Assembly: GCA_965198635.1 (NCBI GenBank)
Contig: OZ240669.1
Span: forward strand, 781,917-845,916
Origin: Granulicella sp.
GTDB lineage: Bacteria > Acidobacteriota > Terriglobia > Terriglobales > Acidobacteriaceae
Reading direction: 5' to 3'
DNA: 64,000 nt
Both the position numbers and the translations under genes were made by a program. Under the pieces are notes generated by a model. It had not been told where the DNA came from, did no database searches, and saw only the letters and a list, made by a program, of their open reading frames with translations. Positions 29,044-37,645 of this stretch are shown here, piece by piece. The first letter of the stretch is position 1, and every line of letters starts with the position of its first letter.

Positions 29044-29355
29044 ATGCCATTGACAGAACAGCCGCAACGCTTCTTCTTCACCTTTCGCTGCAATGAGGAG
29101 GCGCACGGCGAACCCCTGACAGAGGTTCTCGTGGATCAACTAGAAGACCAGGACCCGTCCGTCGCTCCAAATGCCTACAAACGCAGCTGGTTCGGAACAG
29201 AGGAGAGCCTTGCCGGCCTGATGCCGCGGCTCGGCTTCGCTCCCCTCGACGTGGAAGGGGTGCTGGCAGCGCTGCGCGATCATCGCGGCGCCGATCGCAA
29301 GCTCGAGGTCAGCCAGGATCAGTTGCGAGAGGCCGGCTTTCAGGAGCTGTCCTAG
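29044..29355 (+). CDS. hypothetical protein (103 aa, acidic)
   Basis: Listed ORF with ATG start. No family recognised. Confidence 0.45.
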   Translation: MPLTEQPQRFFFTFRCNEEAHGEPLTEVLVDQLEDQDPSVAPNAYKRSWFGTEESLAGLMPRLGFAPLDVEGVLAALRDHRGADRKLEVSQDQLREAGFQELS

Positions 29356-29379
29356 GCACCGTCAATTGACGCTTCCGGT

Positions 29380-29430
29380 TCGTGCGTCGACCCTAGTCGT
29401 GCGTCGACCTTGTTGTGCTTCGACTTGACC
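29380..29430. repeat. 3 x 17-bp tandem repeat containing GTCGAC cores
   Basis: TCGTGCGTCGACCCTAG / TCGTGCGTCGACCTTGT / TGTGCTTCGACTTGACC, located 77-127 nt upstream of ORF 29507. Confidence 0.8.
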
Positions 29431-29506
29431 GATAAGGCCGTCAACACGGCGGATGGAATAGAGGATTGGCTTGGATTAGGCTATTGCCAGAGTTGCTTCC
29501 GGCAAA

Positions 29507-30550
29507 ATGATTTTCTTGGGCCACGATCCTGCTTCCTTGACGCCTTTCCCAGTCTTGCGCTGGTGGCTTCGCCGTGCCATGCCCTTGGGCGCTGCGCTGC
29601 TGTTGCTGGTGATGGCTAGCGACGCACGGGCGCAGCGGCACTCCTTCGGGTCCTCGCCGCCGACACCTCCCCTGCACACCGCGCAGCTCGCCGCAGCGCC
29701 TGTGCCGGCCACCGTGCCCGGGCCCATCGCGCCGGCGAGTGCCGGTCTGGGGGCGATTCAGTTTCTGGCTTCCAACTTCACGGTGCCGGCGCCGCAAACC
29801 CTGACGCGCCAGCTCAGCGCCGAAGACGAACGGACCCGCTCCGGGGCGCTCTCTTCCCTGGGTGCGCCCGGCCAGTACCTCGGCCATGGTCATGTGCCGT
29901 TTCCACACTCCGTACAGCTGGACCTGGTGCAGCTAAGCGCCGGCGACGAGCTGGACGCGCTGCTCACCATCGAGCTGGATCAGCACATCGTCAGTGCCGT
30001 GCTGGCGCCGGACAGCGATAGCTGGCGCAAGATCGCGACGCTGACATTCCCCACTGCCTTCAGTGCAGCCGGCACCACACCGGCCACGTTCGCCCGCCCG
30101 CTGCGCTCCTGGCTGCAGCCGGGGCGTTACCGGGCGGTCTTTCGCGGCTCCGTGACCGGGCCCACGGGCGACTTCACGGAAAACGAGGCGGATTTGCGCA
30201 TCATCAACAACCGTGCCGTGATCGTACTGGACTTCGTCTCGGGTGCGCGACAGTGCGATAACGCCGGGCAGTTCCGGCCGGCACACCAGAGCTGCGAGCT
30301 GATTCAACGCTGGCTGGAGCCGGATCCCATCGATCCGACCCACCACTTCACGCTGATTACCGGCGTCGGCCATTTCTCGGCGCATGATGCGCTCGATCCG
30401 TTGACACGCTCGCGCAACTACCGTCTGACGCGGCTGCGTTCCTTTGCCTGTCAGCCGTTTGTCTTCTCCGAGCCGGCGCAGCACTTTGAGCCCACCGCCA
30501 ACTCCGCCCCATGCGCTTTGCATGATGGACCACGCCCGGACCACATGTAA
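29507..30550 (+). CDS. hypothetical secreted protein
   Basis: Listed ORF. Signal-like segment RWWLRRAMPLGAALLLLVMASDARAQ. The true start may be TTG 29555 or ATG 29579. Confidence 0.55.
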   Translation: MIFLGHDPASLTPFPVLRWWLRRAMPLGAALLLLVMASDARAQRHSFGSSPPTPPLHTAQLAAAPVPATVPGPIAPASAGLGAIQFLASNFTVPAPQTLTRQLSAEDERTRSGALSSLGAPGQYLGHGHVPFPHSVQLDLVQLSAGDELDALLTIELDQHIVSAVLAPDSDSWRKIATLTFPTAFSAAGTTPATFARPLRSWLQPGRYRAVFRGSVTGPTGDFTENEADLRIINNRAVIVLDFVSGARQCDNAGQFRPAHQSCELIQRWLEPDPIDPTHHFTLITGVGHFSAHDALDPLTRSRNYRLTRLRSFACQPFVFSEPAQHFEPTANSAPCALHDGPRPDHM

Positions 30551-30652
30551 CCTGCAACTTACCGCGGTCTTCTCGCTACCGCGTCCAAGGATTTGAGACC
30601 CGTTCCAGGGAGGTGAGACTCCTTCTCGCACGCGGCACGTCAAACGGTAGCC

Positions 30653-32164
30653 ATGTTTCGCAAGCTCGCCTTCCTCCTCTTTTCTTCCAGTTCAGCCCTT
30701 TGCGCCGTCCTTTGCGCCGTGCTTTGCGCCGCTCCGGCCCAAACCGCCGCTCCGGCCCAAACCTTAGCCCAGAGTCCGGCCCTGGTGGCACACACGCTGC
30801 GGTATGCCCCCGGACAAAGCATCACGCTGAGCCTTCCGCCCAGGCTGGACATCACCGTGGCCGCCAGCGGTCTGCACCGGGTCCGCTTTCTGGCCCAGTC
30901 TCCCGATGGCCGCATCTTTGCCACCGGCATGTGGAACCTGGCCGACAACACCCAGGGATCCATCTTCATCCTGGACGGCTGGAACGCGCGGACCGAGCGC
31001 TTCGAGCACGTTACGACCTACCTGGATCATCTGCGCAATCCCAATAACCTGGCCTTCTGGACCGATCCGGCGACGGGCAAGAGCTGGCTTTATCTGCCCT
31101 TGACCGATCGGCTTGAGCGGTTTCCCTTTCGAGCCGGCGATACGCATCCAAGCGGCCCGGCCGAGACGCTGATCCGGTTCCCCGATTACGGTCTCAACTA
31201 CAAGTACGGCGGCTGGCACCTCACCCGCACGGTGGCCATCGCCACGCTGCACGGCCGAACGCGGGTCTACGTGGCCGCAGGCTCGTCCTGCGATTACTGC
31301 CGCGAGCGCGAGGTGATCCGTGCCACCGTGACCGCCATGGACATGGATGGAGCGCACCAGGCGCTGGTGGCGCAGGGTCTGCGCAACGCCGTGGACCTGC
31401 GTTTTGTGCCGGATCTGGACGGCGGCGCGCTGTTTGCCACAAATATGGGCGACGATCACCTGGGTACCGGTGAGCCGGAGGACACGTTTTTCGAGCTGGA
31501 CTCGAACGCTCACCCTGGGCCGCTAGCCCAAGCCGACGCCGGAGCCGGCACAGGAGCCAGGCCTGGCCACATCGCCAACTACGGCTGGCCGACCTGCTAC
31601 TTCGCGCACGGCAAAGCCGCACTGGACACCACGCCGCTGCCCTCCATGCCGCCGCCGGGTGATCTCGCGACGGAGGCGGAACGGCCAGCAGACGCCAGGG
31701 ATACGAGCTACGGCGCGCAACCAGGCATGCACACGCAGGGTACCTTGCTGACAGCCGGAGGGGATGGCTCAAAGGCCGACCCCAACGCCAACCTGGGCGC
31801 GGTGCCTGCCCCGCTGACCAGCTGCGCGGACGTTCCGCCCGCCTACGACGCCTTCCCCGCGCATTCTTCTCCGCTCGGGATGGCTTATTTCGGGACCGGT
31901 AACCCGATTCTGGGCGAGAACTTTCTGGTGGCGCTGCATGGGGCCAGTCGCCCGAGCATCGGGACCGGGTACCGGGTGGTGCGGTTTTCACCGGATAACC
32001 GCCTGCCGGAACCGATCATCACCGGGTTCCTGACAGTCGGCAGTGACGGCAAGCCGGCCGTCCACGGGCGGCCGTGCGGCATGTTGCGCCTGGGGCCGGA
32101 CCGGTTCCTGCTTACCGACGACAAATTAGGACTGGTGTACCTGATCCAACCTCGGGGTCATTGA
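30653..32164 (+). CDS. secreted beta-propeller protein, glucose/sorbosone dehydrogenase-like
   Basis: Signal peptide, then segments resembling soluble PQQ-type sugar dehydrogenases (FLAQSPDGRIFAT, GWPTCYF, HSSPLGMAYF, GRPCGMLRLGPDRFLLTDD). Family call is moderate. Confidence 0.65.
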   Translation: MFRKLAFLLFSSSSALCAVLCAVLCAAPAQTAAPAQTLAQSPALVAHTLRYAPGQSITLSLPPRLDITVAASGLHRVRFLAQSPDGRIFATGMWNLADNTQGSIFILDGWNARTERFEHVTTYLDHLRNPNNLAFWTDPATGKSWLYLPLTDRLERFPFRAGDTHPSGPAETLIRFPDYGLNYKYGGWHLTRTVAIATLHGRTRVYVAAGSSCDYCREREVIRATVTAMDMDGAHQALVAQGLRNAVDLRFVPDLDGGALFATNMGDDHLGTGEPEDTFFELDSNAHPGPLAQADAGAGTGARPGHIANYGWPTCYFAHGKAALDTTPLPSMPPPGDLATEAERPADARDTSYGAQPGMHTQGTLLTAGGDGSKADPNANLGAVPAPLTSCADVPPAYDAFPAHSSPLGMAYFGTGNPILGENFLVALHGASRPSIGTGYRVVRFSPDNRLPEPIITGFLTVGSDGKPAVHGRPCGMLRLGPDRFLLTDDKLGLVYLIQPRGH

Positions 32165-32276
32165 GGCACCGGACCAAAAAGCACGTCCCTGCAACGAAAG
32201 GCTCCCGGTTACTCCCCCCTTCACAAAACTCATCCCACGTGGGTATTATTCAGCGGGCGGTTACACTGTCGTGCAT

Positions 32277-32612
32277 ATGGACGAATCCCGTTTCCGCAAA
32301 GTGTCTGACCAAGCCTTGGAGCAGTTGAAGCAAAGCCTCATTCGCGCCGAAGAAGCATTAGGCGGGTTTGAAGCCGAGGAAAAGAATGGCGTGCTGAACG
32401 TGCTGTTTGACGATGGCAGCGCCAAGTTTGTCTTCACCCCGAATACGCCTGTGCGCCAGGTGTGGATCTCGGCCCAGTCCACCAGCTTCAAGCTGGAATG
32501 GAACGAAGCCGAGGAAGCCTTCACGCTGCCGCGCACCGGAGAAGATCTACGTGCGCTGACCGAGCGGCTGCTTCGCGAACAGCTCGGCGACGCCAACCTT
32601 GCGCTTACCTAA
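32277..32612 (+). CDS. cyaY: frataxin-like iron donor protein CyaY
   Basis: MDESRFRKVSDQALEQL...NGVLNVLFDDGSKFV.TPNTPVRQVWISA pattern matches the CyaY/frataxin family. A GTG 6 nt upstream (32271) is an alternative start. Confidence 0.8.
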   Translation: MDESRFRKVSDQALEQLKQSLIRAEEALGGFEAEEKNGVLNVLFDDGSAKFVFTPNTPVRQVWISAQSTSFKLEWNEAEEAFTLPRTGEDLRALTERLLREQLGDANLALT

Positions 32613-32636
32613 GCGCATTCCGAGGCCCCGAAGTCC

Positions 32637-33476
32637 ATGCAAGCGCTGCTTTCTGTTGCCCTCATTACGCATAACGAAGAGAAGAATCTGGGTCGGACCT
32701 TAGCCAGCGTGCGCTGGGCAGACGAGATCATCGTTGTCGATTCCGGTTCCACCGACAGCACCGTAGAGATCGCCCGCTCTTTTGGCGCCACCGTGATCGA
32801 ACGCAGCTGGCCCGGCTTTGCCGCGCAGAAGAACTTTGCCCTGGCGCAGTGCACCGGGACGTGGGTGCTTTCGCTTGACGCCGACGAAGAGCTCAGCCCC
32901 GAACTGCAGCGCCAGATTCGCACCCTGCTGGCCAGCCAGCCCGTGGTCGACGCCTTCCGCCTGAAGCGGCGCAACCTGTTCCTGGGTCGCTGGATCAAGC
33001 GCGGCGGCTTCTACCCGGATGCAAAGCTCCGTCTTTTCCGCCGCACGACCGCCAATTTTGGCGCTCAGCCGGCATTTGAAAACCGTCCCGTCCACGAGAC
33101 TATTCACTTCGACGGTGCCTCGCAAACGCTGGACTACGACCTTATTCACCACGCCTATCCCTCCCTGAGCGATTACCTGGAGCACATGGAGCGGTACAGC
33201 AACCTGGGGGCCGGTCTGCTGCTTGAAAAAGGCCGCATCAGCCGCGCCCTGCCCTCCTTTGTGGCTCGCACATTGCTCTTCCCGGTGCTGACCTTTTTGT
33301 GGAACTACATCCTCCGGTTGGGCTTTCTGGACGGCCGCGAAGGCTTGCTGCTACACAGCTACCATGCGGTCTACAGCAGCTGGAAGTACGCCAAGGCTTG
33401 GGAAATGGGCCGCAAAATGGTACCCACGCCGGCGACGGTCAGCCCGGCGATCAGCTCTTCCCAGATCGCGGCTTGA
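32637..33476 (+). CDS. family 2 glycosyltransferase
   Basis: LSVALITHNEEKNLGRTL...IIVVDSGSTDSTVEIA...LSLDADEEL, a GT-A fold with a DxD-like motif. Confidence 0.85.
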   Translation: MQALLSVALITHNEEKNLGRTLASVRWADEIIVVDSGSTDSTVEIARSFGATVIERSWPGFAAQKNFALAQCTGTWVLSLDADEELSPELQRQIRTLLASQPVVDAFRLKRRNLFLGRWIKRGGFYPDAKLRLFRRTTANFGAQPAFENRPVHETIHFDGASQTLDYDLIHHAYPSLSDYLEHMERYSNLGAGLLLEKGRISRALPSFVARTLLFPVLTFLWNYILRLGFLDGREGLLLHSYHAVYSSWKYAKAWEMGRKMVPTPATVSPAISSSQIAA

Positions 33477-33525
33477 AGCGGGTAGATCGTTTAGCTTAAA
33501 GGCGCTCCGGCTGTGCTCATCCCGT

Positions 33526-33618
33526 TGTCATCCTAAACAAAGTGAAGGACCTGCTTTCCGTTCCACCAAGAGTTGATGTGGGGCAAGAAGCAGGTTCTTC
33601 GCTATGCTCAGGATGACA
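33526..33618. repeat. palindromic repeat element between convergent GT2 and thioesterase genes
   Basis: Left arm TGTCATCCTAAACAAAGTGAAGGACCTGCT (33526..33555). Right arm AGCAGGTTCTTCGCTATGCTCAGGATGACA (33589..33618). An extra partial copy GTGCTCAGGACGGCAA lies at about 33627..33642. Confidence 0.75.
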
Positions 33619-33652
33619 ACAGTGCTGTGCTCAGGACGGCAAAGCTTTGCCT

Positions 33653-34123
33653 TTAGCGTTTCCCTTCCAACACCGCCCGGAAACACTCCGCGTAGCGTGT
33701 GGGCATCGCACGGCGGCGCATGTCGCGGCCCACGACCAGATGGACGGTTTCACCCTCGCACAACAGCAGTCCATCCGTGGATCGCACCACGGCGTAGGTA
33801 AAACGCACCACTGAACCGCGCACGCCGGCCAGGTGCGTGCGTACGATCAGCTCGTCGTCATACCGCGCAGGCGCTTTGTATCGCGCCCGGACCTCCACCA
33901 CGGCGATCAGCGCGCCTTCTTCCTCTTCCATCGCCCGGTAGTCCAGCCCCAGCGAGCGAATAAATTCCACCCTCCCAACCTCGAACCACACAAGGTAGTT
34001 GGCGTGGTAAACCACACCCATCTGGTCGGTTTCGGCATAACGGACGCGCACGCGGGTCTCGGCGGCGGCTTTTGGTCCCGCAGGGTTCAAGTTTGTGGAA
34101 GCAGTGGCCATGGAGGGCGTCAT
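33653..34123 (-). CDS. acyl-CoA thioesterase, YbgC/4HBT (hotdog) family
   Basis: RVRYAETDQMGVVYHANYLVWFE catalytic-Asp motif of the YbgC-type hotdog fold. Confidence 0.85.
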   Translation of the reverse strand: MTPSMATASTNLNPAGPKAAAETRVRVRYAETDQMGVVYHANYLVWFEVGRVEFIRSLGLDYRAMEEEEGALIAVVEVRARYKAPARYDDELIVRTHLAGVRGSVVRFTYAVVRSTDGLLLCEGETVHLVVGRDMRRRAMPTRYAECFRAVLEGKR

Positions 34124-34142
34124 GTAAGGCTAGGATAGTCGC

Positions 34143-34820
34143 GTGGCCCACCTGTTGCTCCAACCCACGGATGCCCTGCTCGTGATCGACATGCAGAGCG
34201 ACTTTCTGCCGGGCGGACCGCTGGCCGTCGCCGGCGGCGACGCCCTCGTGCCCGGCATTAACGAACTGGCCCGGCGCTTCGACCACGTAATCCTGACCCA
34301 GGACTGGCACCCTACGGGTCACGTCAGCTTCGCGGGCAGCCACCCGGGTAAAGAAGCCTTTCGCGACACCGCGGAGACCCACTACGGCACCCAGGCGCTG
34401 TGGCCGGAGCACACGGTGCAGGGTTCGCCCGGCGCCGCGCTGGCCCCGGGCCTCGAGATCCCGCACGCGGAGATGATCCTGCGCAAGGGCTTTCGGCGCG
34501 GCATCGACAGCTACTCAGCCTTTGTCGAAAACGACAAGACCACGCTCACCGGACTGGCCGGCTACCTGCGCGAGCGCGGTCTGCAGCGGCTGTTTTTCTG
34601 CGGTCTGGCGTTTGATTTTTGCGTGGGGCACTCGGCCGTGGATGCGGTGCGTTTCGGTTTCGAGGCGCTGATCGTCGAAGATCTCAGCCGCTCCGTGGAT
34701 CTACCCGGAACCGGTGCCGACCCTGGAACCGTGGAGGCCATCGAAGCCCGCCTTTCCGAAGCCGGCGTAGGGCGAATCGGTTCTGAGGCGATCCACCCAC
34801 GAACGGAGACCGCAGCCTAG
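34143..34820 (+). CDS. pncA: nicotinamidase/pyrazinamidase (isochorismatase family)
   Basis: GTG start. LLVIDMQSDFLPGG, QDWHP.GH metal site, catalytic Cys in FFCGLAFDFCVGHSA. Confidence 0.85.
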   Translation: MAHLLLQPTDALLVIDMQSDFLPGGPLAVAGGDALVPGINELARRFDHVILTQDWHPTGHVSFAGSHPGKEAFRDTAETHYGTQALWPEHTVQGSPGAALAPGLEIPHAEMILRKGFRRGIDSYSAFVENDKTTLTGLAGYLRERGLQRLFFCGLAFDFCVGHSAVDAVRFGFEALIVEDLSRSVDLPGTGADPGTVEAIEARLSEAGVGRIGSEAIHPRTETAA

Positions 34821-35170
34821 TGGCCGCCGACCGGAGCGACTGGCCCGAGGCCATGGCCACCGTCCTCAGCTGCCACTACGAGATGCGTGCCGGGCGGGCG
34901 CTCGCCTTCGGCATCCCCTCGGGCCGGCACTTCCACATTACCTACAACTACTGGGCCGGCGGCGATCTGCAGGTGGCCGACTGCTATGCGGTAAAAGCTA
35001 TGCCGCAGGGCAGCCTGTTTCCCGTCCGCTACGACCCCGAGACGCCGCTCCGCCATCATCATGAGCACTCGGGGGCCAGCACGCGGAGGGCTCCGCTGAT
35101 CGCGATTGGCGTCGCCGGCTCGATCGTGCTTTCGCTGGTGTGGCTGCTGGTACTGCGGGGCTGCTCCTAA
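34820..35170 (+). CDS. DUF3592-like protein with C-terminal TM anchor
   Basis: GTG start overlaps the pncA stop by 1 nt. Beta-rich segment ...HITYNYWAGGDLQV...LFPVRYDPETP, then TM LIAIGVAGSIVLSLVWLLVL. Family call tentative. Confidence 0.45.
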   Translation: MAADRSDWPEAMATVLSCHYEMRAGRALAFGIPSGRHFHITYNYWAGGDLQVADCYAVKAMPQGSLFPVRYDPETPLRHHHEHSGASTRRAPLIAIGVAGSIVLSLVWLLVLRGCS

Positions 35171-35232
35171 AACGGGACCTGGGCGCGCGAAGCCCACTTC
35201 CGCGACGGCCCCGTGCTGTGGAGACCTGATTC

Positions 35233-35457
35233 CTAGCGCGGCCGCGACTTACGCCACACCAGCGCTCCCACGAGCAGAGCGAGCACGGTGGAAAGCCCCA
35301 TCGCCTTCAGGATCGCGGCCGGGCCACCGCTCTGCACATCGCCGTACAGGTGCTCGTTGTAGATCACAAAGCCGCAGCAGGAGACCGGCAGGGCGAACAC
35401 GAACACCACGAAGCCGAGCAGGGCGGCGAGGGCAAATCGCTTGGTCCAATCGTTCAT
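35233..35457 (-). CDS. small two-TM membrane protein (74 aa)
   Basis: Listed ORF with ATG start (FALAALLGFVVFVFALPVSCCGFVIY ... LSTVLALLVGALVW). Confidence 0.5.
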   Translation of the reverse strand: MNDWTKRFALAALLGFVVFVFALPVSCCGFVIYNEHLYGDVQSGGPAAILKAMGLSTVLALLVGALVWRKSRPR

Positions 35458-35478
35458 GCTTCACTCCCTGCGCCCTGG

Positions 35479-35811
35479 CTAGAGCCCGAGCTCCGCCGCG
35501 TGCGCCCGCATGGCCTCCAGGCGATGGCCGATGTGCTCTTCCAGTGGGATGCCGAGTAACTCGGCCCCGCGCGTGATGTCTTCCCGCTTCACCGCCCGGG
35601 CGAGGGCCTCCGGTACAGGCGGCCGCGGCCGGCCCGTATTTGAGCAGCGATTCGCTCTCGTCCATTCCTTTAGTAATGCCTCGGCCGTGTCACCGTTACG
35701 AACGTTATGCACACCCTTGTCCCCCGCCCTAGTGATTCTCTTGGTTCCCTTCCGGATATACCCTAGTTTCACCCGGAAATGCCGGTGAAGAGCTATTGAC
35801 TCTCTGTGCAA
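35479..35811 (-). pseudogene. probable internally deleted remnant of an HD-superfamily hydrolase
   Basis: Only the ends of the family as I remember it are present: N-terminal-like TAEALLKEWT and C-terminal AVKREDITRGAELLGIPLEEHIGHRLEAMRAHAAELGL. The central H..HD catalytic region is absent. The track start is TTG. Confidence 0.35.
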
Positions 35812-35898
35812 CGGGTGTCATTGTAGGCACATCACCGTGTGTCAGCTTGACATCGGTGCTGCGGTGCCTTGCTCTGGCAGCCGCCCGCAACACACAAC

Positions 35899-36501
35899 AT
35901 GGAAGCTTTACTGGCGCCCCCCAGCGCTGCGTTGCTTGATCCAAGCGCAGCCTCGCCCGGTACCGATTCGTCGGCCGCAGGCACAGCGCGTGAGGTCCTC
36001 AAATGCGAAGGCTGCAAGCTCGTGCAGTTTCGCACCCCCGCCGCCGTCTGCCGCCGCTGCAAGCGCTCGCTGCTGCCGGAGCAACCCAAGGCGCAACCGG
36101 CCATCGCACTCGTGCCTGCCGCTCCTGAGGCCGCCGCTCCCACGGAAACGTTGCAGGTAGCCTCCGCGGTCCGCGATCTGCGCCGTGTCCGCAACCTGTC
36201 GCAGCGTCAGCTGGCCGGCCGCATGGGCGTTCCCCGGACCTACATCTCCAAGATCGAAAACGGAAAGGCGATGCCCACGTTGAGCTCTCTCGATCGTCTG
36301 GCCAAGGCCCTGCAGGTGGACATCTCCGCCCTGCTCCGCGACGCTCCTAAGCGCCACCAGGACGAAACGGCCCTGCTGACCGCCGACCCGTTTCTGGCCG
36401 AGATCGCCAAGTTCGCCCCGCACCTCACCTCGACGCAGAAGTCCATCTTCCTGAATCACGTTCGGGAGCTGGCGCAGACGCGGTCGCGGCGTACCGCCTA
36501 G
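35899..36501 (+). CDS. XRE-family HTH transcriptional regulator with N-terminal CxxC...CxxC zinc-ribbon
   Basis: ATG 35899 within ORF 35869..36501. CEGCKLVQFRTPAAVCRRCK, then HTH VRNLSQRQLAGRMGVPRTYISKIENGKAMPTLSSLDRLAKAL. Confidence 0.8.
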   Translation: MEALLAPPSAALLDPSAASPGTDSSAAGTAREVLKCEGCKLVQFRTPAAVCRRCKRSLLPEQPKAQPAIALVPAAPEAAAPTETLQVASAVRDLRRVRNLSQRQLAGRMGVPRTYISKIENGKAMPTLSSLDRLAKALQVDISALLRDAPKRHQDETALLTADPFLAEIAKFAPHLTSTQKSIFLNHVRELAQTRSRRTA

Positions 36502-36701
36502 GTCAACGCGAACAGCCCTCCTTCCTCGCCGCAGGGGCCGTGTACGCCCCGGATCCTGCGGCACCTCCGCTGTTCTTACGGCACACCCCGTCGTCTTTTT
36601 TATCCTGTGTGGCATACCGGCATGCGCGCGGCCAGCTGCCTTCTCTGCGGGGTATTCCCACCTCCCGTCGTTTCCGCTATGGTCAATGGGAGCGAATTCA
36701 C

Positions 36702-37616
36702 GTGCGCCAAGTCTCTTCAGCCCGTCTCTACCAGCGGTCCTCCCGGGCCCACGAGCTTTCGTCCGAGGAGCGTTGCCTCTACGATCGTCTGGATCCGGAG
36801 CGCATGCCGCAGCACGTGGCCATCATCATGGACGGCAATGGCCGATGGGCAGGCAAACGGGCGCTCAAACGCTTTCTCGGTCACCAGCAGGGGGCTGAAA
36901 GCGTGCAGTTCGTGGTGGAAACCGCGTCCCGCATCGATCTGCCCTGGCTGACGCTCTACGCGTTTTCACTGGAAAATAGCCTGCGCCGGCCCCAGGGCGA
37001 GGTCAGCTTCCTGATGAAGTTGCTTAAAAATTACCTGGTCTCCAACGTGCAGCGGATGAATGACAACAACATCCGCATGGCCTACATCGGCCGAACCCAT
37101 GAGCTGCCGGCCGAGGTGCAGGACACCATGCGCTGGGCCCAGGCCGAGACCGCCAAGAACACCGGCACCACCCTGACGCTCGCGCTGAACTACGGCTCCC
37201 GCTCGGAGATTGTGGATGCAGGCCGCGTCCTGGTTCACCGCTTGCTCGCCGAGGCTGCCGGCCGCGGCATTTCTGTTGAGGACCTGCTGGCCGCAGAAGG
37301 CGTCGATGATGCCGTCAACACACGCATGGATGAGGCACATCTGTCCTCAGCGATGTACACGGCCGGGATGCCTGACCCCGATCTCGTGGTGCGCACCTCC
37401 GGCGAGCAGCGCATCTCCAACTTTTTGCTCTGGCAGATCGCCTATGCGGAGATCTTCGTCACCGACCGGCTCTGGCCGGACTTCCGCGGAGCTCACCTGC
37501 TGGAGGCCATTAGCGCCTACCAGGGGCGCGAGCGCCGATTTGGCGGCCTCGGGGAAGCAAGCGATGAGGACCTCTCCGGCATTCTTCCGGGCGAGGCGGA
37601 ATTGGCGCGTCGCTGA
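36702..37616 (+). CDS. uppS: isoprenyl transferase (undecaprenyl-diphosphate synthase)
   Basis: HVAIIMDGNGRWA, LTLYAFSLEN, RTSGEQRISNFLLWQIAYAE. Start proposed at GTG 36702 (GGGAG 10 nt upstream) within ORF 36540..37616. The start is uncertain. Confidence 0.88.
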   Translation: MRQVSSARLYQRSSRAHELSSEERCLYDRLDPERMPQHVAIIMDGNGRWAGKRALKRFLGHQQGAESVQFVVETASRIDLPWLTLYAFSLENSLRRPQGEVSFLMKLLKNYLVSNVQRMNDNNIRMAYIGRTHELPAEVQDTMRWAQAETAKNTGTTLTLALNYGSRSEIVDAGRVLVHRLLAEAAGRGISVEDLLAAEGVDDAVNTRMDEAHLSSAMYTAGMPDPDLVVRTSGEQRISNFLLWQIAYAEIFVTDRLWPDFRGAHLLEAISAYQGRERRFGGLGEASDEDLSGILPGEAELARR

Positions 37617-37645
37617 TCCTGCTTTTTCTGCGACCATAGAGCGTC

